Shown: piece by piece, positions 36,094 to 46,210 of the stretch
Layout: the number at the start of each line of letters is the position of its first letter
Numbering within the stretch: the stretch's first letter is position 1
DNA from: an uncultured Latescibacterota bacterium
GTDB taxonomy: Bacteria > Latescibacterota > UBA2968
DNA: 64,000 nucleotides
Direction: 5' to 3'
Assembly: GCA_951812755.1 (NCBI GenBank)
Contig: OX638329.1
Location: forward strand, 293,339-357,338
Made by a program: the position numbers and the translations under genes
Notes under the pieces: model-generated
Database searches by the model: none
Told to the model about the DNA's origin: nothing
Seen by the model: only the letters and a program-made list of their open reading frames with translations

Positions 36094-37923
36094 ATGACAC
36101 CAAAAACAAACAACGCGACGGATCGGATCTCGCACTATTTTCCCTATATTGTGGGCGGGACTGCGATTGTGATCCGGTTTTTTTATCTCTGGTCATTCTG
36201 GGCCAATCATCCGTTTTCGCAGAAACTGATCTCAGATGCGCGGATATTCGACGACTGGGCACTGCGCATCGCCTCGGGAGACTGGCTCGGTGCCCCTGAA
36301 GTTTTCATTCTACCCCCCCTGTACCCATACCTTATGGGAATCGTCTATGCGATCTTTGGACATGCGCCCAAACTGATCGTAGGCTTACAGGCCGCCGCCG
36401 GATGTGCCAGTGCTATACTGGTCTATCGATTGGGCGCGCGGCATTTTGGCGCCTGGGCGGGATTATTTGCGGGGCTGTTATTCGCAAGCTATGGACCGCA
36501 ACTGTTTTACGAAGGCATGTTGCTGGGCACATCGGGTGCCGTATTCCTCAGCTTGATAGGATTGACGCTAATCTCGGGTAATAAAACCCACTGGCATTGG
36601 GGACTGGCCGGATTGGTTTTTGGGCTGGCCACACTCATGCGCCCCAACATCTTATCCGCAATTCCATTCTTACTATTCGGCGCGTGGTGGGCCTACCACA
36701 AAGCAACACCGGCAAAACGTTCAATACGACTGGCCGGTTACTTTCTATGGGGATTGATACTCCCACTCCTCCTGTGCGGACTGCGCAACGGCCTGGTCGC
36801 AGACGACTGGGTATTGATGACCGCGCACGGCGGCATCAACTTTTACATGGGCAATCACCCCGATGCGCCGGGCTGGTTTTCCGCCCCCGCTGGCATGGAT
36901 GCACAGATCACCCCGGATGGGGCACAGGGCAATTTGGAAGGACCGCGCCGCGTGGCCGAAGATGCTCTGGGACGGTCTTTGAAAGCCTCTGAAGTCTCTT
37001 CCTTCTGGTTTAATAAGGGCCTCGCATTCTGGATAGACGATCCAATAGGCGCGATAGCCGTGACCTTGAGAAAAGTGCGCCTATTTGCATCCGGATACGA
37101 AGTCCCGCTCAATTACAATTTTTATTACCAGCGAAAATTTTCTGCCCTCTTGCGCTTTCCAATCACAGAATTGTGGATATTATTTCCCCTATCCATCGTG
37201 GGGCTCATCGTCGCAGCCCGACAATTTGATCGCCACGCCACCCTCTATCTGTGGCTCATTGGATACGCGGTAGGCGTATTGGCTTTTCACGTATCATCGC
37301 GCTATCGCATGCCCGCAATTCCCATCCTCATGATATTTGCAGGCCTGGGAATATGGACATTGATATCCTGTGTACAATCGCAAAAATGGAAAAACCTCTG
37401 CATCGGTGCAGTGACACTGATCATCCTGTGGACCGGCTACCGCATTGAACAAAACGCACAACTCGCCCAAAACAACTGGGCGATGGACCCCTTCAATTTG
37501 GGTACCGCTTACTTGTGGTCCAACGAAAATGAACCGGCGCGATTATATCTCGAAGAAGCGAAAAAATACGGCCAGGGCGATGCCGTATTGTATTACAATT
37601 TGGGATTGGCTTATGCACGCACCAAAAAAATGGACGCTGCCAAAAATGCGTATCTCCAGGCACTATCCCAGGACCCCGACATGGTGCGTGCGTACGTCAA
37701 CCTGGGCAACATCTTATTTTTTGAAGAAAAATTTCACGAAGCCATAAAGAGCTATCGGGAAGCATTGAAACGAGATCCCAACACCCACAATGCGCGTGCG
37801 AACATGGGCTGGGCATATTGGTCTCTGGGACGGGTAAGTGAGGCACGCAGCGCCTGGGAAAAGGTCTTGCAAACAGCGCCCGACCACCCCTCGGCAAAAG
37901 CGGGAATGGCGCGCATGCGCTAA
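36094..37923 (+). CDS. Glycosyltransferase family 39/83 (PMT/ArnT-like GT-C) with C-terminal TPR repeats (TMTC-like architecture)
   Basis: N-terminal polytopic domain with a DD/DE first-loop motif (DARIFDDWALR). C-terminal LGLAYAR..AYLQALSQDP... TPR repeats. Confidence 0.65.
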   Translation: MTPKTNNATDRISHYFPYIVGGTAIVIRFFYLWSFWANHPFSQKLISDARIFDDWALRIASGDWLGAPEVFILPPLYPYLMGIVYAIFGHAPKLIVGLQAAAGCASAILVYRLGARHFGAWAGLFAGLLFASYGPQLFYEGMLLGTSGAVFLSLIGLTLISGNKTHWHWGLAGLVFGLATLMRPNILSAIPFLLFGAWWAYHKATPAKRSIRLAGYFLWGLILPLLLCGLRNGLVADDWVLMTAHGGINFYMGNHPDAPGWFSAPAGMDAQITPDGAQGNLEGPRRVAEDALGRSLKASEVSSFWFNKGLAFWIDDPIGAIAVTLRKVRLFASGYEVPLNYNFYYQRKFSALLRFPITELWILFPLSIVGLIVAARQFDRHATLYLWLIGYAVGVLAFHVSSRYRMPAIPILMIFAGLGIWTLISCVQSQKWKNLCIGAVTLIILWTGYRIEQNAQLAQNNWAMDPFNLGTAYLWSNENEPARLYLEEAKKYGQGDAVLYYNLGLAYARTKKMDAAKNAYLQALSQDPDMVRAYVNLGNILFFEEKFHEAIKSYREALKRDPNTHNARANMGWAYWSLGRVSEARSAWEKVLQTAPDHPSAKAGMARMR

Positions 37924-37995
37924 TTGAATAGACACCAGATATTTCCATCCTTATATTGCCCCTCCACCCGCATCATCCGCGATCCGGAGCCCTCA

Positions 37996-39948
37996 ATGGC
38001 CATTCGCGAACAACAAACACACACAGCACCACTTCAACGAGCCGTAACCGCGCGGTCAATAGTGATAGGTGCCATGTGCGCGGGTTTCCTGGGATGGGGT
38101 GGACATTTTACGCGACACATTGCACACACCACAAAAATGGCGCAAGATCATCTGCCATGGGGCGCAGTCGTGCCATTTTTGTTGATCGCAGTCGTATTGA
38201 ATAAAGTCCTGGAAAAAGTGCGCCCGCAATGGGTCTTGCGCCCTTCGGAATTGCTGGTCATCTTTTCAATGGGCCTGGTGGCATCGGCATTGCCCAGCTA
38301 TTTTATGGGACATCTGATCGCCAACGTCTCAGCACCATTTTATTTTGCCAACACAGAGAACCGATGGGCAGACGACATACATCCGTATTTGCCCGACTGG
38401 GCGGTCGTGACCGATGTGACGGCTGCGCGGTGGTTTTTTGAAGGACTACCAGCCGGCGCAACCATCCCCTGGGAAATCTGGATAACGCCGATGATCTGGC
38501 GCCTGAGCCTGGTATTTATGATCGGCGTATTTGGATTCTGCGCGGTTTCAATCCTGCGCAAGCAATGGGTGGAACACGAGCGCCTGACCTTTCCATTGAT
38601 GACATTGCCATTGGAACTGGTCAACAGAGAACCGCGAGGATTCTGGCCCGTGGGCATAATGAATCGCCCCGTGTTCTGGTGGGGATTCGCGCTCGCCTCA
38701 TTTCCCATATACTGGAACATGGTTGGATATTTCCAGCCGCTTTTTCCAACCATTCCCCGAGATCTGGGATTGATGGAATTCGGTCAGTATTTCCCGCCGA
38801 TACACACGCGGTTTTATCCAGTAATCATTGGCGTATCGTATTTTATGGACCTGGATGTATTGTTTAGCATTATTGTATTTCACCTGTTATTGACCCTTGA
38901 AATGGGGCTGTTCAACCGCCTGGGGATCGAGATAGGGCCAACCCATGTGTGGCCAGCATCGCAATTTGAAAACTGGCAGGGATTTGGTGCACTGTGCGTG
39001 CTGGTACCGTGGAGCTTGTGGATGGCGCGAGAACATCTAAGAAACGTATTTCGCAAAGCCCTGCTCAAGGCGCGGGATGTTGAAGACTCGGGCGAATTAT
39101 TGTCCTACCGCGCTGCACTTGGCGGACTGCTGGCGAGCGGACTATTTATTCTGGGCTGGTGCGTGACGTCCGGCATGTCGGTCTTTGTCGCCCTCACTTT
39201 TTTGAGCCTCGTGGGCGTGATCTGGTTGGGGATCACGCGCGTCTGCGTGGAGGGCGGCCTGATCAGCAGCCGCATGATACAGGGACAATTTGTCGCATAT
39301 CACCTGCTGGGTCCCGTGAATATCTCGCCATCGGGAATGGCGGCATTTGCACTCACAGAAACATGGCATCACGATATCAAAACCATATTGATGGCCAACC
39401 TCGCCAATGCCACGCGGCTTTACGACAGCATCCGACACGAAAGAATGCGCCTGGTCATCGCGCTCGGATTGGCCATGCTGGTGGTGATAACCACAAGTGC
39501 GTATTATCAAATTTCATCGAGCTATGTGACCGGCGCATTTAATTATGGCGGCATTTACGGTCCTTATGTGCAAAACACTTTTGATACCATAGCCGCTCAT
39601 ATTCGGGACCCCTTTGCCCTCGAGCGCGAGCGCATGCTCATCGCGCTGCTTGGAATGGCAACCACGGCATTGATGCTGGCGTTGCGCTATGTATGGCCCT
39701 GGTGGCCCTTGCATCCGATTGGGTTTGCCGCCGTGACAGCGTATCCGGTCAATCGCATTGTATTTTCCATCTTCTTTGCCTGGTTTTCCAAATTTGTCAT
39801 ATTGCGGGCGGGCGGCATTGATCTATACCGCAAAGCATCGCCGTTTTTCCTGGGGCTTATGGTGGGGTATTTCACGGGCGTCTTTGTGTCATTTCTGGTG
39901 GATTGTATCTGGTTTCCGGGACAGGGACATTCGCTGGCGTTGTACTAG
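37996..39948 (+). CDS. Large polytopic membrane protein, paralog of 32994-34940
   Basis: The start is probably ATG 37996 (MAIREQQ...), aligned with the paralog N-terminus. The track ORF begins at an upstream TTG. Confidence 0.6.
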   Translation: MAIREQQTHTAPLQRAVTARSIVIGAMCAGFLGWGGHFTRHIAHTTKMAQDHLPWGAVVPFLLIAVVLNKVLEKVRPQWVLRPSELLVIFSMGLVASALPSYFMGHLIANVSAPFYFANTENRWADDIHPYLPDWAVVTDVTAARWFFEGLPAGATIPWEIWITPMIWRLSLVFMIGVFGFCAVSILRKQWVEHERLTFPLMTLPLELVNREPRGFWPVGIMNRPVFWWGFALASFPIYWNMVGYFQPLFPTIPRDLGLMEFGQYFPPIHTRFYPVIIGVSYFMDLDVLFSIIVFHLLLTLEMGLFNRLGIEIGPTHVWPASQFENWQGFGALCVLVPWSLWMAREHLRNVFRKALLKARDVEDSGELLSYRAALGGLLASGLFILGWCVTSGMSVFVALTFLSLVGVIWLGITRVCVEGGLISSRMIQGQFVAYHLLGPVNISPSGMAAFALTETWHHDIKTILMANLANATRLYDSIRHERMRLVIALGLAMLVVITTSAYYQISSSYVTGAFNYGGIYGPYVQNTFDTIAAHIRDPFALERERMLIALLGMATTALMLALRYVWPWWPLHPIGFAAVTAYPVNRIVFSIFFAWFSKFVILRAGGIDLYRKASPFFLGLMVGYFTGVFVSFLVDCIWFPGQGHSLALY

Positions 39949-39958
39949 AGGCTACGTC

Positions 39959-42547
39959 ATGTGTAACGGCAAAAGAAAAATTCGCGCCATCTGTAAACGC
40001 ACCATTATCGCGTGTGCATTTGCCATGATATGTGCGCCAGTCTGGGGAGATCGCTTGCAGGAAAGTTTCGGTGGGGAGGAAGATTCGCTCGCTACAGTCC
40101 TGATCGCAGAACGCGCCGGACCGGACAGCGCAGCCGTATATCGGGCATTGCCCTGGGATGAGAAAGCGCAATTTTTAATAGCCTTTTGGCAACGGCACAA
40201 TCCCGTAGTACTGCAATTTTATTACGGGTATCATACCGGGCGTCGCTACCTGACGGTATCAGATGCTTTTTTTGAACGCGGCCGATTGATACCCCGGCGC
40301 TATAAAACGCGCGCCGCACCACCAGATACCGCCCTGCTCGACGATGCTGTTGCACTATTTGAACGGATGCTACAGGACGATGCCAACAACCGCGTTGCCC
40401 TGTGCGCGTTGGGATATTGCTTGCTGGAACAGCACAAAGGTCTGGAAGCAGAACGCATTTTTGTGCGCGTTCTGGAAAAAGACCGGCGGTTTCTCATCGC
40501 GCGACACGGCCGCGCACTGGCGTGCTTGATCCAAAAAAAACAGGTGCGCCGCGCACTGGATTTTTTTCAGGACACCGTATCTCTCGACGCGAAATACGAG
40601 GCGGCGTATTACAATCTGGCGATGTGCCACCTGGCAATGCGCAGCGTGGATATGGACCATCATTTTGGCAATGTGGTCAAACGCTTCCCGCAACACCGCG
40701 ATGCGTATTTTAAGCTCGGGGTGTTTTACGAATCGCTCTATTATTTTGAAAAAGCCGTCAAGGCATTGTCAAAGCAGGTCGCTGTAAATCCAGCACACAG
40801 CGTGGCAAGGGGCAGACTGGCGCGCGTAGCTATGGAATTGAAATATCTGAAACAAGAATTGCACACCACCACAGAACTGCGCGATCTCGCCGAAAAAGAT
40901 CCCGAGCGTTATCTGCCACTCCTGGGCGCACAATATCTGGAATCGGGTGCGTACGAGCAGGCAGAAGCATCATTTTCGCAATTTTTATCCCTCTTGCCGC
41001 AAAGTGAACGCCTCCTGTACGAAGATGTCACCTTGCTCCTGTCGGCAAATGAATTTGAGACCTTCCGCATGATCAGGGAAGATGAAAAACGCGCATTCAC
41101 CGGTTTGTTCTGGCGCAAAATAGACCCAACACCCACCACACCTGTTAATGAGCGCAGGTTGGAACACTACCGGCGCATAAATTACGCGATACAGAACTTT
41201 TCCGAAGGCCGAATACCATGGGATGCGCGTGGCGACGTGTATATCCGCTTTGGTCATCCCGATCACAGAAGCTGGTCCGACCACCTCGTATTCGAAACCG
41301 ATGCAAAAGTAATTCGGGTAAAAAACCGACTCATGGACCTCGCGGGACAAGCACTGCACGAAATCGCCCCTACGACATCGCTGCAGATAGAATCGTCTTT
41401 GGGCGCAAGCACCGTAATGAAGGTAACACCCGAGGTTCGGGGGCTGCCGATATTTCCCATGCCACACCAGGGCGCTTTATTTCGAGATGGCGCGTCTTTG
41501 AACTACAAGTGGGAAACCTGGATTTACGCCCATATTGGCGAAGGAATTGAAGTGACATTTCTCGACGCCCTGGGCAATTTTGATTTTCAATTTCCCCAGC
41601 CGCCTATTGACTCGCCCAATCGATTGCTGTGGCTGCACCTCGCACCCGAAGCCGTGGTCGCACGGGTCGTCAACCGCACGCCCTCTGTTTACCGCTATCC
41701 ATATCCCGGAGATCCAATGCCGCTGCTTATGTCCGTGGCAGATTTCCAGGGAAATGGACGCGATACCCGCCTGGATGCCTTTATCGGCGTACCGTGGACC
41801 GCACTGAAAACGCAAAAACGGGGAACACAGATATCGGCTTCGGTAAATCGAATGTGGGTCCTCTTTGACGCACAGGGCACAGAAATTGCCCGCGACAGCC
41901 TGAATACGCAGGCAACACAGCCCGAAACAGTTGACGACCCTGGCGTTTTATGGGTGGATCAGGTCACAGCAGAAGTTAAACCCGGCCACTATCTCATGGC
42001 TGTGCGCGTGAACGACCCGGCTTCGGGGAAACTACAAATTCACCGGCAACTCGTCGATGTAGAAGCATACAATGCCTCGATCCTGATGGTAAGCGACCTT
42101 GTCGTGGCGGGGAAAATTGCAACATTGGAAGCGCGCACAGAAGGCAAATTCATCCGAGACGACCTCGAAGTACTCCCCTTGCCGTCACACACCTTTGCCC
42201 CAGAACAGCCAGTCTATCTGTACTATGAAGTGTATAACCTCTTTAGAGATGACACAGGACAAACGCATTACCGCGTGGATTATGCCGTGCGCGGCAGCAA
42301 AAATGCTGGCGCCCGGTTGCTAAAAGGCATCGGCACATTGCTGGGCATATCTGAAAAGCAAGAAGGGGTGCAGGTATCTTATGAACATCGGGGCAATACG
42401 GAAACAGAACCCGTATATGTCGCCCTCAATGTAGCGGCAAAACCGGGACAAAAACTCACAATTGGCGTAACCGTAACCGACCTGAACCGCCCGGGAAAGC
42501 CAACAGCGACAAAAGATATTTGGGTAGCGATAGGAAGTGAGAAGTGA
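39959..42547 (+). CDS. TPR repeat plus GWxTD domain protein
   Basis: LFWRKIDPTPTTPVNERRLEHYRRINYAIQNFSEGRIPWDARGDVYIRFGHP matches the GWxTD signature (here PWDARGD). N-terminal TPRs. The likely start is ATG 39959. Confidence 0.65.
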   Translation: MCNGKRKIRAICKRTIIACAFAMICAPVWGDRLQESFGGEEDSLATVLIAERAGPDSAAVYRALPWDEKAQFLIAFWQRHNPVVLQFYYGYHTGRRYLTVSDAFFERGRLIPRRYKTRAAPPDTALLDDAVALFERMLQDDANNRVALCALGYCLLEQHKGLEAERIFVRVLEKDRRFLIARHGRALACLIQKKQVRRALDFFQDTVSLDAKYEAAYYNLAMCHLAMRSVDMDHHFGNVVKRFPQHRDAYFKLGVFYESLYYFEKAVKALSKQVAVNPAHSVARGRLARVAMELKYLKQELHTTTELRDLAEKDPERYLPLLGAQYLESGAYEQAEASFSQFLSLLPQSERLLYEDVTLLLSANEFETFRMIREDEKRAFTGLFWRKIDPTPTTPVNERRLEHYRRINYAIQNFSEGRIPWDARGDVYIRFGHPDHRSWSDHLVFETDAKVIRVKNRLMDLAGQALHEIAPTTSLQIESSLGASTVMKVTPEVRGLPIFPMPHQGALFRDGASLNYKWETWIYAHIGEGIEVTFLDALGNFDFQFPQPPIDSPNRLLWLHLAPEAVVARVVNRTPSVYRYPYPGDPMPLLMSVADFQGNGRDTRLDAFIGVPWTALKTQKRGTQISASVNRMWVLFDAQGTEIARDSLNTQATQPETVDDPGVLWVDQVTAEVKPGHYLMAVRVNDPASGKLQIHRQLVDVEAYNASILMVSDLVVAGKIATLEARTEGKFIRDDLEVLPLPSHTFAPEQPVYLYYEVYNLFRDDTGQTHYRVDYAVRGSKNAGARLLKGIGTLLGISEKQEGVQVSYEHRGNTETEPVYVALNVAAKPGQKLTIGVTVTDLNRPGKPTATKDIWVAIGSEK

Positions 42548-42647
42548 GAAGGAAGAAGTGAGAAGGAAGAAGACCCTGTCCAACCAGCCCCAGCTACACA
42601 GCCCGCCCTGCTCCCAATTTTTAATTCTTAATTTTTAATTTTTAATT

Positions 42648-43631
42648 CTAAGCCGTCCCAACTTCGCGGGCGACTTTGGGGCGGCGGAGTTTCCAGATCA
42701 GACCATCCAGAACAAAGTGGGCAAACGAAGTCCCATAGGCAAAAAAGAGGAAGGCAAAAAGGGAATAGGCGTAAAGACCATAGAGAATGCCGCAGATAAC
42801 AGCGGTAAAGAGAAATGTATTGCGTACAATATGGCTGGCGGCCTTATTGAGAAGTGGCGCGTCAAGAGCCGACGTGCGGACTTTATTTTTTATCGTAAGC
42901 GCGACCAGAGCGATATATTCAGAAGCGTGATTGATACTGGTGGCAATATAGATAGCGCCAGCCGACAGGGTGGGACCAATCCCGTAGAGAAAGACCACAG
43001 AGCCAAAAAAGAGCAGTTTGGGAACGCTGATACCCTGGGCACCGCGAAATTCATAGACGAGCCAGGCCAGAGTGATCAGAATAGCCAATCCGTACAAAAT
43101 GTGGGAGATCAGGAGCGGAGGCGTGAAGTCGAGCAGATTGCGAAGATAGTGCATGACCTTGACATCGGCTTCAGAACCAAAAAGGTAAAAGAAACCAGCC
43201 AATCCCCAGAGATACATCGTCCAGGCATCGAGGCGTTTGTGACCCCATCGAGCTTTGCCCGAGTAGATGCGGAGAATGCCGTATTTCTGACGAACAAAGT
43301 GAAAATAGTTGAAAAGGTACCAGAAGGCAAACATCTCGGGTTCGTCAATCCGAAAAAAATAACAGAGACCCACAAACACAAAACACAGGATGGGAATAAG
43401 CGTATAAAGGACGCGCGCGCGGCTAAATTCAGCGCGATCTAAATAGACGAGAAGAAACGTAAAGTACCGGTGCGTCGCAAAAAGAAACGTAACAGAAACA
43501 ATGCGGATAGTATCGAAGTATTGGGGAAACAGGTAGGGGGCAAAAAAGAAAAGCAACCAGCCCAGGGTGATGCAGGAAAGATCAACAACGGGCGTAACAA
43601 CCCAGAGCGCGTGTTTTTTTTTAACGGACAT
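42648..43631 (-). CDS. Polytopic membrane protein, unknown family
   Basis: Start ATG at complement 43629-43631 with AGGAGGG SD. Eight or more hydrophobic helices. The stop of the upstream PQQ-propeller gene is 14 bp away. Confidence 0.45.
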   Translation of the reverse strand: MSVKKKHALWVVTPVVDLSCITLGWLLFFFAPYLFPQYFDTIRIVSVTFLFATHRYFTFLLVYLDRAEFSRARVLYTLIPILCFVFVGLCYFFRIDEPEMFAFWYLFNYFHFVRQKYGILRIYSGKARWGHKRLDAWTMYLWGLAGFFYLFGSEADVKVMHYLRNLLDFTPPLLISHILYGLAILITLAWLVYEFRGAQGISVPKLLFFGSVVFLYGIGPTLSAGAIYIATSINHASEYIALVALTIKNKVRTSALDAPLLNKAASHIVRNTFLFTAVICGILYGLYAYSLFAFLFFAYGTSFAHFVLDGLIWKLRRPKVAREVGTA

Positions 43632-43644
43632 AGGGATTTCCCTC

Positions 43645-44868
43645 CTACTTCCCACTTCCCACTTCCAGACACACCATTTCGGTGTGATTACGAAGATAAA
43701 GCCTGCCATTAGATAGTGTGGGTGGCGTCCAGCACCGCGGAGACAAAACCTGAGCACTGGCTTTTTCTATGTACGCTTCTGGTATCGCCTCCACCAGAGC
43801 CAGTTTGCCCTGTTCGCCCAGGACGATCAAATGTCCATCGGCAAAGATGAGGGACCCCTTTTGAAAGCCGCGTTTGCGCCATTGCTCCTGTCCGGTCTCG
43901 GCGGCAATGCACTTGAGAATGGCGTTGTCAAACCCATAGAGGTGCCCCTCGTGATGAATAGACGTGGCAAAATGGTTTTTCATACTGCGGTTGCGCCATA
44001 CTTTTTTTACTGCAAACTGACCGTTTTGAGAAACAAGCTGGATAACCGCCGCGCCTTTGCCATAGCCCGAAGAGATAAAGAGTCTATCCGGAGCGAGAAA
44101 AACGGGCGTCGCGGCATTGACATCGGGACCTGTTTGCCAGGGATGCCGCCATAAAAGTCGGCCATCTTTGGCAGCGACACCAACCAGACCAGAGACTGGA
44201 AAAAAGACGATTTGCCGAATATCAGAAACAGTAATAGCAATGGGGGACGCATAAGAAGGAGCGTCATCTTGAGAGGCCCATGCGACCCTGCCGGTAGTTT
44301 TATCAAAGGCGATAAAGGATTTTCCAGAGGCCCCCCCAACCTCGACGATCAGCAACTTGCCTTCCAGCAAAGGAGAAGTAGAAAAGCCCCAATGAGGCGG
44401 ATCACTTATGAATTCAGTTTGCAAATGGTGAGTCCATACTATTTCTCCGTCCTCAACATCGAGCGCATAAAGCTGTCCGTTTGCACCTAAGAAGAAGGCC
44501 ATTTCTTTGTCAATGATAGGGGTAGATCGGGGACCGTTCCCGCCCTGCCAGTCTGAAAAATTGCTACCGGTCCTGACTCGCCAGTGCTCTTCCCCTGTAG
44601 CGGCATCCAGACATATCGCATATTCATCTTTCCCTTCTGCAAACATGGTATAGGCTGCGCCCTGTGCAATAGCAATGCTCGAGAAACCCTCGCCCAGCGG
44701 TGTTCGCCAGAGAACAGCAGGCCCGGAATCAGCCCATTTTTTGAGCAGCCCCGTTTCAGAGGAAACTCCATCGCGCTTGGGGCCAAACCACTGCGACCAA
44801 TCCGCAGCAAAGCCACTGCCCGTCAGGAAGAGCAGGGCTATCGATAAGGTAATAATAACGACACGCAT
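43645..44868 (-). CDS. Secreted PQQ-like beta-propeller repeat protein (BamB-like fold)
   Basis: Signal peptide. Repeated ..G.LYALD...G..W.. blades. Confidence 0.65.
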   Translation of the reverse strand: MRVVIITLSIALLFLTGSGFAADWSQWFGPKRDGVSSETGLLKKWADSGPAVLWRTPLGEGFSSIAIAQGAAYTMFAEGKDEYAICLDAATGEEHWRVRTGSNFSDWQGGNGPRSTPIIDKEMAFFLGANGQLYALDVEDGEIVWTHHLQTEFISDPPHWGFSTSPLLEGKLLIVEVGGASGKSFIAFDKTTGRVAWASQDDAPSYASPIAITVSDIRQIVFFPVSGLVGVAAKDGRLLWRHPWQTGPDVNAATPVFLAPDRLFISSGYGKGAAVIQLVSQNGQFAVKKVWRNRSMKNHFATSIHHEGHLYGFDNAILKCIAAETGQEQWRKRGFQKGSLIFADGHLIVLGEQGKLALVEAIPEAYIEKASAQVLSPRCWTPPTLSNGRLYLRNHTEMVCLEVGSGK

Positions 44869-44945
44869 GGGAACTTCTCCTTTGTGCTAAGGACTCTATT
44901 TACAGGCACAGTCTCAACAAAGCAAGTAATGCCTTTAATCCGTGT

Positions 44946-46193
44946 TCATCTGTGTTCATCTGTGGTTGCTTTTCCCACCCGTTCCAATTCCTGAACAACA
45001 GCCGTATGCCCTTTTGCCCTCGCCCACATCAGGGCTGTAACTCCATCTTTATCCTCAATTGCGACATCGGCACCGCCTCTTAAAAGCGCGTGGACCGCAT
45101 GGACATGTCCTTCAAACGCGGCGGCCATCAACGGCGTGTGGCCCTCGCGGTCGGGCGCATTGACATTTGCGCCCACTTCCAATAAAAACTCGATTCGTGC
45201 GGTCTCACCATCCCAGGCTGCACCCATCAAAGCCGTATCCCCCATATTGTCCCTGACGTTGAGATCTGCACCACCTGCTATGAGCACCCGCACAATTTGG
45301 CGATGATCTTGTAAAACAGCCCGCATCAAAGGCGTTTCACCAGCACCACCTCTGATATCGGGAATTCCCCCTTTTGTCAGAAGCGTATCGACAATAGCGG
45401 TATGACCTTTGAACGCGGCCAGTAGCAGGGGGGAATCGCCAAAATTGTCTTTGGCATTGGGATCAGCACCCGCATTCAGGAGGGCATCCACCATATCTGT
45501 TTGACCTTCGATTGACGCCCAGGTGAGAGCAGTCCGGTTGTCCTTATCTCTAATATTGGGATCCGCTCCATTTTCCAGCAGGACTTTCACTGCATACGTA
45601 TGGCCTGCAACAACCGCGCTCATCAGAGCCGTGCGCTCGTCGTTGTCCTGCGCGTTGACATCCGCGCCCGCGTCTATCAAAGCTTGAAGCGTAGTTGTGT
45701 GACCTTCTACTGCCGCGGGCATCAACGCAGTGGCGCCATGGGCGTTTTTCAAATGGAGATTCGCGCCTTTTTTCAGGAGAATATTGACGATATCTGTATG
45801 CCCATCAAAGGCGGCGGGCATTAAAGCGGTAGCACCGTGCTTGTCCTGAATATTGGGGTCCGCTTTGCCCAACAAAAGGGCTTGCACCGTCTGGATATGT
45901 CCTTGAAAAGCCGCGACAATCAAAGCCGTTTCCCCGCTCATACCCTGAGCATTGGGATCGGCACTTTTTTCGAGAAGCGCACTGACCACATCTGTATGCC
46001 CACCTCTGGCTGCGACCATCAGCACGGTAGTACCGTATTTGTCCCGAGCATTTGCATTATCGCCAGCACTCAGACGCGCCTGCACACCAGACAGATTTCC
46101 CTTTGCTGCGGCTTCGAGGAGTTGTGTGCCATTGGCATGTGCCGCTGCTGAAAGACAGAGGACAAGGATAAATGTAAATATAATCTTGTACAT
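44946..46193 (-). CDS. Secreted ankyrin-repeat protein (about 11 ANK repeats)
   Basis: Signal peptide MYKIIFTFILVLCLSAAAHA. Tandem ..G.TALM.AA..GH..VV..LL..GAD.N repeats. Confidence 0.9.
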   Translation of the reverse strand: MYKIIFTFILVLCLSAAAHANGTQLLEAAAKGNLSGVQARLSAGDNANARDKYGTTVLMVAARGGHTDVVSALLEKSADPNAQGMSGETALIVAAFQGHIQTVQALLLGKADPNIQDKHGATALMPAAFDGHTDIVNILLKKGANLHLKNAHGATALMPAAVEGHTTTLQALIDAGADVNAQDNDERTALMSAVVAGHTYAVKVLLENGADPNIRDKDNRTALTWASIEGQTDMVDALLNAGADPNAKDNFGDSPLLLAAFKGHTAIVDTLLTKGGIPDIRGGAGETPLMRAVLQDHRQIVRVLIAGGADLNVRDNMGDTALMGAAWDGETARIEFLLEVGANVNAPDREGHTPLMAAAFEGHVHAVHALLRGGADVAIEDKDGVTALMWARAKGHTAVVQELERVGKATTDEHR

Positions 46194-46210
46194 ATAGCAA
46201 AAGTAAAAAT

